Positions 51,649 through 61,000 of a DNA stretch of 64,000 nucleotides are shown one piece after another. The DNA comes from Smithellaceae bacterium (lineage in GTDB: Bacteria; Desulfobacterota; Syntrophia; Syntrophales; Smithellaceae). Each line of letters starts with the position of its first letter. Position 1 is the stretch's first letter. The notes beneath the pieces are model-generated. The model was not told the origin of the DNA and searched no databases. It saw only the letters and a list, made by a program, of their open reading frames with translations. Made by a program: the position numbers and the translations under genes. Where the stretch lies: contig CAXXVL010000001.1 of NCBI GenBank assembly GCA_963667845.2, positions 864,001-928,000 on the forward strand, given 5' to 3'.

Positions 51649-51731
51649 TTAAAGACATACCCCAATAGCGTTTTGTTTCCATGAGTAGTTCAAACAGCAG
51701 TCTTAAAATAGCTAAAAAAATATAGAGTAGA

Positions 51732-54263
51732 GTGTATTACATGAAGCTCTGTCCTTTTTGCGCGGAAGAGATCAAGGAAGAAGCCATTAAGTGCCGTTAT
51801 TGCGGGTCGATGGTAAATGAGCCATTGCCCAGGAAAGGGGCGCCGGACCCGTTTGATGAGGCTGGACGGAAGACGGAATCCATCATTGCAGACCCCTTCG
51901 ACGAAGCACATCAGACTGTCACGATCATAGGAGCAGGCTATAAGATAGAAGACCGCTACGAGATCCTGTTCAAACTGGGAGAAGGGGGCATGGGGCAAGT
52001 GTTCCTGACGCAGGATACCCAGTTGGATAATGAACCCAGAGCCATTAAGATATTACCGGACCAGGTGCGCAATGATTTCAAGGCAGTGAACCGATTGAAG
52101 GATGAAGCCAAGATTACCATGTCGCTTTCCCACCCGAATATCGTGAAGCTGTATAACTATGGCAATGACGGGAAAGTACACTACCTGATCATGGAATATG
52201 TGAACGGGATCGACTTACTTACTTATACGGCCTTAAAAGGGAAGATAGCAGAGAAAGAAGTAAGAAGGATCGGGATAGAAGTAGCCAAAGCATTACAGAT
52301 AGCCCATGAATACAGACACCATAATAATGATAAAGGCATCATCCACCGGGACATCAAGCCGGCCAATATCCTGCTGGAGTCCAGAGACTTGGACATCAAA
52401 GCCATCAAAAGCAAGGGAACAAACCTGCAACAAAAAGATATACAAGATTTAACAGGCGCCACGGTAAAGCTGACCGACTTCGGGATAGCTCGTCAGGTAA
52501 GAGAGAGCATGAGCCGTTACAGCCGGGGAGACACATCAGGCACCCTTTTGTACATGTCACCGGAGCAGTATGAAAACAGAGGCGTGGACCATCGAAGTGA
52601 TTTGTACTCATTGGGAGTGACCCTTTATGAATTACTCTCCGGAGATCCTCCTTTTACCGGAGAGAGTATTTCCTACCAGATCATGAGCAGGAAACCCGAT
52701 CCGATCGAAGGGATCAGCGACGAATTCAACACGATCATCCTGAAACTGTTGGAGAAGGACAAGGAGAAGCGCTATCCCAACGCGGCGGAACTAATTGCCC
52801 AACTCTTCGGGAAAGCCGACAAAACCTTAAAGCACAAGAGTAATGAGCCGCAGGAGGACAAGCAGGAAGCCTCCCGGGAGAAACCGGAAGCATTCGGCGG
52901 GGATTGTTTTGTGACCATCCGGACCAGTGAAGACTGCCAGATCTGGATCGACGGACAACATGCCGGAGATACAAAGAACAAGAGCATCGTATTTAAGGAC
53001 TTAAGAAGCGGCAAGCATAATATAGAAGGAAGGACACCCTATCTTCGTGCTGTTATTGAAGAAGACTTCAAGCCGAAAGATGTCAAGAAGATTAATCTGG
53101 ACCTGAAAGAAATATTATGTGAACTGCGAGCCATTTCGGACGGGATCGAGTACGAGCTGACCATCGACGGGAAGACCCACGAATGCCCGGCCATAATTCA
53201 AGAAATCACGGCGGGCCGGAAGCAGATGACCGTTAAAACAAAAGACATCACCTTTACCGAAGAGATCGACATCAAGTCGGAATCCGAAAACGAATATGAC
53301 CTGACGTCGGAGCGGATAGCTGAAAGGAAAAAAAGGCTGATCAGCGGGATCAAGGGTATATTAGAAAAAGCGATTGAGACAAGAGCAGTAACAGGAAGCA
53401 ATATAGACGGAAAAATAGACGAACTGGCGAGACTGGACAGGAAGGAAGGCAAAACCTACAAAGACACAGTCAGCGCCTTACGAAGCCAGATCGAAGAAGA
53501 GAAACGTCAACAACGTACGTCTCTGGTAACTCTGTTAAAAGCGATCAACCAATCTATTCAGGGGAAGTCGACATTTAACAACACTATAGGAATGACATTT
53601 GTTCTTATTCCGGAAGGTACCTTCATAATGGGAAGCCGGTCAGGCATATTGGGTATCGGTGGCGAATCGGGAAGGGGTGACGATGAAACGCAGCATCAGG
53701 TGACCATAACGAAGTCATATTATATGCAGACAACGCCTGTGACACAGGAGCAATGGAAGGAAGTGATGGGGGATAATGCTTCAAAATTCAGAGGTAATGA
53801 TCAATTACCCGTAAGAAATGTATCCTGGAACGATGTCCAGAAATTCATCAAGAAGTTAAATACGCTGGAAGGAACGAACAAATACCGATTACCGTCGGAG
53901 GCCGAGTGGGAGTATGCGGCAAGGGCGGGGACAACGCGCGCCACATACGGGTCGATAGATGAGATTGCTTGGTATGGAGTAAACTCAGATAACGAAACCC
54001 ATCCGGTAGGTCAAAAGAGACCGAACGGTTGGGGTTTGTATGACATGCTGGGGAATGTCTGGGAGTGGGTTCAGGACGGGCACGATGATTATCCAACCGG
54101 CCCTGTTATCGACCCGACTGGCCCGAATTCAGGCTCCGGCCGGGTGTTTCGCGGCGGCAGCTGGAGCGACTACGGCAGTGGCTGCCGTTCGGCGAATCGA
54201 CACTATGGTTTCCCGGACATTCGCGGCTACGGTTTGGGGTTTCGCCTTGCCAGGACAATTTAG
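51732..54263 (+). CDS. Zn-ribbon - Hanks Ser/Thr kinase - PEGA-like - FGE-sulfatase (C-type lectin fold) protein; candidate DGR target
   Basis: CPFC...CRYC; GEGGMG, AIK, HRDIKPAN, DFG, YMSPE; IWIDG PEGA-like; RLPSEAEWEYAAR, GLYDMLGNVWEW, RGGSW, GFRL. No TM helix seen. True start may be the ATG at 51741. Confidence 0.9.
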   Translation: MYYMKLCPFCAEEIKEEAIKCRYCGSMVNEPLPRKGAPDPFDEAGRKTESIIADPFDEAHQTVTIIGAGYKIEDRYEILFKLGEGGMGQVFLTQDTQLDNEPRAIKILPDQVRNDFKAVNRLKDEAKITMSLSHPNIVKLYNYGNDGKVHYLIMEYVNGIDLLTYTALKGKIAEKEVRRIGIEVAKALQIAHEYRHHNNDKGIIHRDIKPANILLESRDLDIKAIKSKGTNLQQKDIQDLTGATVKLTDFGIARQVRESMSRYSRGDTSGTLLYMSPEQYENRGVDHRSDLYSLGVTLYELLSGDPPFTGESISYQIMSRKPDPIEGISDEFNTIILKLLEKDKEKRYPNAAELIAQLFGKADKTLKHKSNEPQEDKQEASREKPEAFGGDCFVTIRTSEDCQIWIDGQHAGDTKNKSIVFKDLRSGKHNIEGRTPYLRAVIEEDFKPKDVKKINLDLKEILCELRAISDGIEYELTIDGKTHECPAIIQEITAGRKQMTVKTKDITFTEEIDIKSESENEYDLTSERIAERKKRLISGIKGILEKAIETRAVTGSNIDGKIDELARLDRKEGKTYKDTVSALRSQIEEEKRQQRTSLVTLLKAINQSIQGKSTFNNTIGMTFVLIPEGTFIMGSRSGILGIGGESGRGDDETQHQVTITKSYYMQTTPVTQEQWKEVMGDNASKFRGNDQLPVRNVSWNDVQKFIKKLNTLEGTNKYRLPSEAEWEYAARAGTTRATYGSIDEIAWYGVNSDNETHPVGQKRPNGWGLYDMLGNVWEWVQDGHDDYPTGPVIDPTGPNSGSGRVFRGGSWSDYGSGCRSANRHYGFPDIRGYGLGFRLARTI

Positions 54264-54389
54264 GTTTTGGTCTTCTTTACATTTTCACTTTTTGGAGGGG
54301 CTTTGTGCAGGAGCCATCATGCTGATGGCTCCGAAAAGTGCTGGTTCAATCGAAGGACGATTGAACCAGCAAAAAGGAGAAACATAACC

Positions 54390-54469
54390 GTCATTGCGAG
54401 CCGATTCTCGATCGGCGTGGCAATCTAATTCCCGAGATTACTTTGGTCTCTGTACTCCCTCGCAATGAC
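54390..54469. repeat. REP-like palindromic element
   Basis: gtcattgcgag ... gcaatct ... gagatt ... ctcgcaatgac with 11-bp perfect terminal inverted repeats. Confidence 0.65.
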
Positions 54470-54659
54470 ATGACGACACAGTTTCGAGGGTGGAAATCGA
54501 TGATATCAAAGTCGTCCTGGATACCGGTTGGATGTTTGCCACATGAATGCGGGGCCGGTATGACGAACTGAAATGTATCGTGCGGTCAAGTGAGTTTTGG
54601 CTCCAGGTTGTCACTACGCCCGGATGCCTGTGGTTTCATAATTTGAAAGGAGAAGCACA

Positions 54660-55640
54660 ATGAAGCGAAGCTTATTTTATTTATTATTGGTCATCTGCCT
54701 GTTGTTTGGGGTTGCCGGCATCGCCGGAGCGGAAAGCGACCTGAAAATGCAGGCAATAAACGATCTGCAAAAAGCGGTTATCAAGGCCTTGCCCTCAGAG
54801 GGGAAAATCATCCGCATTGCGATCATGGATTTTGAAAATGATGACGGTTCGATCAGAAACGCGATTACCTCGGCAATCACGGAAAAAACGGCTTATAAAG
54901 TCATAGAACGCACGGATCTTGACGTTATCCTCAAGGAACAGGGGATGCAGTTAAAGGATATCATGGATGAAAAATCACGAATCCAGCATGGTAAAATCAA
55001 GGGTGTGCAGGGCGTGATCATGGGCAAGGTTCTGAACCGGGAAAGCGGCTTCATGTCTTATGCCATCCACATTCAGATGAAACTTGATGATGTGGAAAAA
55101 GGTGAAGTTATCTTTTCCAAAAATCTGGAGGGGAAAGCCGTATCGCCGTTACGCACATGGATGATCGGCATCGCTCTGGGCATTGTGGCGATCATTATCT
55201 TTTTTCTTTTACGCGCGCGCAGAACGGTTGTTGTAAAGGAGGAAAAGATTGTTGAGGATGTCAGGGAGCGTGAAGATCTGGCGTCGCACGTTAAGAAAGC
55301 GCTGTCTTGTGTTGCGGACGCGAAAGATCATCTGATGAAGAAGGGAAAAACCGAAACGGCCATAGAGCTCAAAGACCTGGAAAGGGAACTGATCTACCTC
55401 AAGGAGCAAGTGGAAAATGCCGCCAGGGGCAGCGTGGATCTCCGATCAAAGGCCGAGCTTCAGGAAGCCCTAGAAACCGACAGACGAAATAAAGACTATT
55501 TTGTAAATGTGGCGCAAAATGCCGACAGGTTGTATGAAACCGCACTGGTTGAAAATATGGGACAGTTGGAACGGGATATTGCTTCGCTCAAGAGATCGGT
55601 CAAGACAGCGGTCAATGAATTCAAAGAACGGAAAATATAA
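54660..55640 (+). CDS. Exported CsgG/LpoB-like domain + TM helix + cytoplasmic coiled coil
   Basis: Signal peptide; IAIMDF...KVIERTDLDVILKEQ...GKIKGVQGVIMG...DVEKGEV; TM MIGIALGIVAIIIFFLL. Confidence 0.75.
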   Translation: MKRSLFYLLLVICLLFGVAGIAGAESDLKMQAINDLQKAVIKALPSEGKIIRIAIMDFENDDGSIRNAITSAITEKTAYKVIERTDLDVILKEQGMQLKDIMDEKSRIQHGKIKGVQGVIMGKVLNRESGFMSYAIHIQMKLDDVEKGEVIFSKNLEGKAVSPLRTWMIGIALGIVAIIIFFLLRARRTVVVKEEKIVEDVREREDLASHVKKALSCVADAKDHLMKKGKTETAIELKDLERELIYLKEQVENAARGSVDLRSKAELQEALETDRRNKDYFVNVAQNADRLYETALVENMGQLERDIASLKRSVKTAVNEFKERKI

Positions 55641-55667
55641 ATAAGCTGAAATGGCAGGAGGAAGACG

Positions 55668-57932
55668 ATGGACGCGATTGTAAAGTGCAGCAGGGGGCAT
55701 GAAAATGAAAAAGGCGCAAATTTCTGCAAGTTTTGTTCAGAACCGTTACCGGGCGGTAAGGTCAAATGTCAGCGTTGTGGCTACATGAGCGACAGCATAG
55801 CCAAGTTCTGCGTCAGTTGCGGATCGGCCATCAGGGACGCCGCTTCCTCGCCCGTGGAAGGGATGGTGTGGCAGAGAAATGTTGATGATTTTGCCACCCG
55901 GGTGGAAACAGCCGATCTGCCGGGTCTGCTGAAAAAAAATCTGATTGTGGAACATGGCACGAAGGCGTTGCTCTTTATCAATGGCGCTTATGCGGAAACA
56001 CTGACGGGTGGCATGTATGACATGGGCGGGCTGATCAGCAAACTTAAAAAATTTGAGCCCTACCGGTCGTGCACGGCCATTCTGATCGACGCCGGAGATA
56101 TGGAATTCAAATTTACAATCAACGGCGTTTACACCAAAGATCCCCTGGGAATAGATGTGTCCTGCACCTTTGTCCTGCAAGTAGATAATCCCATCTTTTT
56201 CTTCAATAATGTCATGAAGGGGAGAGACAACTATCCGGTGATTGACTTGCGTCAATCCCTCTATGACGAGTTGCATAATGTCATGAATGAAATCATCGGC
56301 AAAAAATCGGTCGGGGACCTTAACTGGGACCTGGCGCTGAAAAAGCAGTTTGAAGTAGCTGCGGAAAACCATCTGCGGACGACGTTCCAGCGTAGTGGTT
56401 TTAATCTGATTCAGTTCCGGACAATAGACTATAGATTTGGCCGCTACGATGAAGTCAGAGGAATCAATGAAGAGACTTTTCTCATGATTTCAGAAGAAGA
56501 CGCCAGGCTTTCCCGCAGAAAAAGGTTGTTCGACGTTTATAACGAAAATCAGCTGCAGGACATCTTTGAAGACACGCAAAAGACCGACCTGTATCGAAAA
56601 CGCTCGGCAGTAAAAATTGACCAGGCGAAAGCCGAAGCAGCCGAAAACATTGGCCTGAAAAATGTGGGTGCCGATATGGAAATTGACGAATGGGAACTGG
56701 CTGCCCGCACCAGGAGGCGGATGAAGGAGCATCTGCTTGATAAAACGAAAACAGACGAGGACATTGAAAAATATCTACTGGAAATCGAAAAAGGCAAACT
56801 GCTGCGGGAAGATGAAATAGAAGTTCTCAAGCGCAACCTGAACGAGAAAAATGTCGATCATGACATCCGCCGCGAACAGATGATTAAAAAACTGGAACTG
56901 GAGCAGACGCTTGAACTCAGACGCATTGAGACCATCGGCGAAGCGGATTTGAAGATGCTTGATCTGGAAAAAGAACTGACTTTCGAAGGCAAGCGCCTGA
57001 TGGGAAAGGAAGGGATTGAAAAGGACATTCTGCTTCTGCAGTTGCAGAAAAATGAGCTGCGGCTGAATGCAGAGTTGATGGAGCTGGAAAAAAAGGCTGC
57101 CGCTTCGCGCAGACAGCATTTAGACGATGAAATGCAGCGATTGAAGCTGGCGCGGGAACAATTCACTACCGATGCTGACAAGAAGAAAATCGACCTGGAA
57201 CTGGAAAAGCTAGAAACGGATATGTCGCTCGAAGCACTGACTAAAGTTAAGAAGATCAAGCGTGATGACGAGTATGAACGTCAGAAAATGGAATTGGAAA
57301 AAGAAGAAAAGAAAATAGATTTGGAGCTTAAAAGATTAAAAGAGATTCACGCTCAGGAATTAGCAAAAATAAAAGCGCAGTCTGATGCGGAATTGGCCAA
57401 AATAGAGGTGCTTTCCAAAGCGTCCGTGGAAGCCGTGATCAGCATGTCCGGCGTCGAGCAGGCGCAAATTATTGCCGGCCTGAAAGAAACGGAGGCCATG
57501 AAGGGGATGTCCGAGGAGCAGATTCTGGCTATGATGTCGGCCAAGTCGCCGGAGGTGGCCAAGGCCTTCCAGGAAAAGTACAAGGGCATGTCCAAAGAGG
57601 AATATGAGCGGCTCTATAAAATGATGATAGAGGAAAAGGACAAATCAAAAGATGAGATGAGCAAGCTTTTCGGGGAATTCATGGCGCGCAATGAACGGGA
57701 GCACACGCAGGCGCTAAAAACGGCTCAAGAGATAGCCATTGGCGTGTCACAGAGCGGAAGGCCCATGGGGCCGCAGGTGGTTTATCCGCCGCAAGCGCAG
57801 CCGGGCGCGTATTATCAACCGGGGGTGGGTATTACTGTTCCCGGGGTTGTGATTTGTGCAAATTGCCGGACACAGGTTACGCCACAGGCTGGAGTAGGAT
57901 TTTGTCCTAACTGCGGCAGGTCTGTCGTTTAA
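55668..57932 (+). CDS. Double Zn-ribbon + SPFH/band-7 domain + long coiled coil + C-terminal Zn-ribbon
   Basis: CSRGH...CKFC, CQRC...CVSC; LIVEHGTKALLFING...GMY...TKD SPFH pattern; E/K-rich coil; CANC...CPNCG. Confidence 0.78.
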   Translation: MDAIVKCSRGHENEKGANFCKFCSEPLPGGKVKCQRCGYMSDSIAKFCVSCGSAIRDAASSPVEGMVWQRNVDDFATRVETADLPGLLKKNLIVEHGTKALLFINGAYAETLTGGMYDMGGLISKLKKFEPYRSCTAILIDAGDMEFKFTINGVYTKDPLGIDVSCTFVLQVDNPIFFFNNVMKGRDNYPVIDLRQSLYDELHNVMNEIIGKKSVGDLNWDLALKKQFEVAAENHLRTTFQRSGFNLIQFRTIDYRFGRYDEVRGINEETFLMISEEDARLSRRKRLFDVYNENQLQDIFEDTQKTDLYRKRSAVKIDQAKAEAAENIGLKNVGADMEIDEWELAARTRRRMKEHLLDKTKTDEDIEKYLLEIEKGKLLREDEIEVLKRNLNEKNVDHDIRREQMIKKLELEQTLELRRIETIGEADLKMLDLEKELTFEGKRLMGKEGIEKDILLLQLQKNELRLNAELMELEKKAAASRRQHLDDEMQRLKLAREQFTTDADKKKIDLELEKLETDMSLEALTKVKKIKRDDEYERQKMELEKEEKKIDLELKRLKEIHAQELAKIKAQSDAELAKIEVLSKASVEAVISMSGVEQAQIIAGLKETEAMKGMSEEQILAMMSAKSPEVAKAFQEKYKGMSKEEYERLYKMMIEEKDKSKDEMSKLFGEFMARNEREHTQALKTAQEIAIGVSQSGRPMGPQVVYPPQAQPGAYYQPGVGITVPGVVICANCRTQVTPQAGVGFCPNCGRSVV

Positions 57933-58002
57933 TCTTCATGTTGGAAAAAAATTTAATGAAGATAACCGAAGGAACCGCGATTACCAAGCGGAATAGCAGC
58001 CT

Positions 58003-61000
58003 ATGAAACAATGCCCCTTTTGCAAAGAAGAAATCAAGGATGAAGCCATCAAGTGCAGGCATTGCGGGTCGATACTGAACGAGCCAATGGCGGAAGGCCA
58101 ATCTTCGAATGCTGCTGCAAACCCCTTTTTATCATCGGAGCCGGACCCGTTTGACATGAATGATGGCCGGATAACGCAGACCAACCTTGATGCGGGGATG
58201 AAGATCGGCGACCGTTACCTGATCAGATTCCGGCTGGGCAGAGGGGGGATGGGCATAGTCTGCCTGACGGAAGACACGCAGCTCAATGGCGCCAGACGCG
58301 CGTTGAAGATCCTGCCGGATAAACTGGCTGAAGATGTGAATCAGGTGAACCGTTTAAAAGAAGAAGCCAGTCTGGCGATGGAGTTGAATCACCCCGGCAT
58401 TGTGAGATTATACAATTACGAGAACAGCGGGACGATCCATTACCTGATCATGGAATACGTGAACGGGATTGATTTAAATACCTATATCGGTGTGAAGAAG
58501 AAAGTCAGCGAACCGGAGGCAAGACGGATCGGGATAGAAATAGCGGAGGCCCTGCGGATACCCCATCGGCATAAACCGGCGGTTATTCATTGGGACATCA
58601 AGCCGTCGAACATCCTGCTGGAATGGCCGGATCTGGATGTAGAGCCGATTAAGCGAAAGAAGATTTCAGAAATCCGCGGGGAAGACATTCCGGAGATTAG
58701 TGAAGCCCGGATCAAACTGGCCGACTTCGGATTGGCGCGCCAAGTCCGAGACAGTATGAGCAGACTGGGTTTGATGGAGAACACATCGGGGACCTTATTG
58801 TACATGTCACCGGAGCAGATTCGCGGGAAGGGAATTGACACCCGGACGGACCTGTATTCATTGGGCGCGACATTATATGAGCTGTTATCGGGAAACCCGC
58901 CTTTTGTCGGCCCCACGGCGCGATACCAGATCCTGGAGGAGGCCCCTGAACCGATTGACGGCATCAGCGAAGAAATAAACGCCATCATTTTGCGCTTATT
59001 GGAGAAGGACAAGGAAAAACGTTTTCAGAGTGCCGAAGAGCTGCTGGCCTGTTTGCGGGGCGAAGACATATCGATCCTTTCGCCAGCGAAGAAGAGAAGC
59101 CCATCGATTGAAAGGATCATGGATGCCGGCGCCGTTTTGGGCGGAGACGGCTATCTGGCCGTCAGGGCCAGTGAAAACTGCTCAATCTGGATCGATGGCA
59201 TTTGGGTGGGGGAAACAAAAGACAGGCCCATCGTCTTTAAGGACATCAGAAGCGGCAGGCATAAAATTGAGGGACGAACAAGATACAGGCGAGCCCTTGA
59301 AGAAGTGGATTTCAAAACGAAAGATGTGAAGAGACTGAATCTGACGCTGCAGGATGTATTGTGTGATTTGCGGGCCATGTCGGACGGGATTGATTATGAA
59401 TTGACCCTGGATGGGAAAAGCCATGAATGTCCTAAGCTGATCGAGCAGATACCTGCCGGGCAAAAGAAAATAACCATCAAAGTCGGGGAATGTTTGTTTG
59501 AAGATCAAATTGAAATTCTGCCGGACGCCGCAACCGATTACGAACTGACCCGCGAACACCTGGATGCGGAAATCAAAATGCAGCGTATTCTGGAAACGGA
59601 AAATAAGCTCAAAGACGCTTTGATGAAGCGGGACCCGCAACTGGCAGCAAAACTCCAGCAGGAACTTGCCACGGATGGTGGTGATCTGGCAGGCAATTAC
59701 AGCGAGAAAATCAACACCCTCAAAGGAGAAATCGACAGAGAAAGGGCCATCGCAGGGACAACCCTAGAGCTGGACAGGCTGCTTGATCAAGGCAAGCTCA
59801 GCGGTGCGGATGGATTGATTAAGAAGCTTGCCGGGCTGGATATCAGGAAACAGCGGGACTATGTGGCAAAAGTTGAAAGCCTGAAAAAACAGCAAGCCAT
59901 CGCAGACATGAGCGGGAAGCTGGAGGCATGTCTTCAATCCGGAAAAATTGAAGAGGCCCGCGAACTGAATAAAAACCTGTCCGGGCTCGACCGGAAAAAA
60001 ACAAATATTTACAGTCAGAAGATAAACAAGCTTGCCGAAGAAATCAGACTGCGGGAAGTGGAATCCAGAACGGAAAAATTTGAGCGCGCCCTTGACAAGG
60101 AAAAATTTATCGATGCAGAGGAACTGGTGCGGGAGCTCGCTGCGCTCGATGAATACAAAGCACGGCTTTATCAGGCAAGGCTCATCGCGGCGGAAGAAAG
60201 AAAGATTGAACAGGCGCTGGGCGATAGAAATCCGGATACTGCCGGGAAGCTTGTTGAAGAGTTTACCGCGTTGGATAAGCAAGAAACTGACACATTTAAA
60301 CAGAAAATAGACAACCTTCGGGAAGACATTAAACGCAAAGAAGAGGAAGAGAAGAAGCGCAAAGCCATTGCCAAACTGACGATAAAACTTGACCGCATGC
60401 TGTCCGACGAAGGACCCGACAAGACCGAAGGGCTGATGGCGGAACTGACGGAACTGGATGCGGACATATCCCACGCCTATCAAAAGCAGATTGCATTGCT
60501 CCGGAACAAGATCAAGGCAGCCGCACTGGTCAAGTCTATTGAAAAAGCGCTCAAAAACAAAAATATTGAAGAGGCGGATGAATACTGCTGCGAGCTCAAA
60601 GCCATCGATGCCAGTCAATATGCCCTCTGCAGCAGCAAAGCGGACAGCCTGCGCTATGCACTGAAAAAAGAAGCGGAGGAACGAAGGAAAAAAGAAGAAT
60701 TTGCGCGGCTGGCAGCAAGCCTGGAAAGAGCGCTTTCCGAAATGAAAATCGCCGACGCGGAAACCGTCTGCGGGCGGCTGGAAATCCTCAATGGTAAAGA
60801 CGGCGCGGCATTTCGCGAAAAGATCAATGGGATTAAAAATAAGCTGCGGAAAGAGGCGGAAGAAAAACAAAGGCAGGAAAATATCGCCGATTTAGAGGAA
60901 CAATTGACGGAGCTGCTGGCCGCTGAAAAAGTTGAGGAAGCCCGCGAAGTGAATAGCCGCCTGATGAATTTGGATCCTGCAAAAGCCGAATCTTTCTCCA

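Noticed and set aside
53590..54263. Catalytic formylglycine-generating enzyme
   Set aside because: Lacks the paired catalytic cysteine motif and has no adjacent sulfatase; treated as a binding CLec fold (same for 62772-63722).
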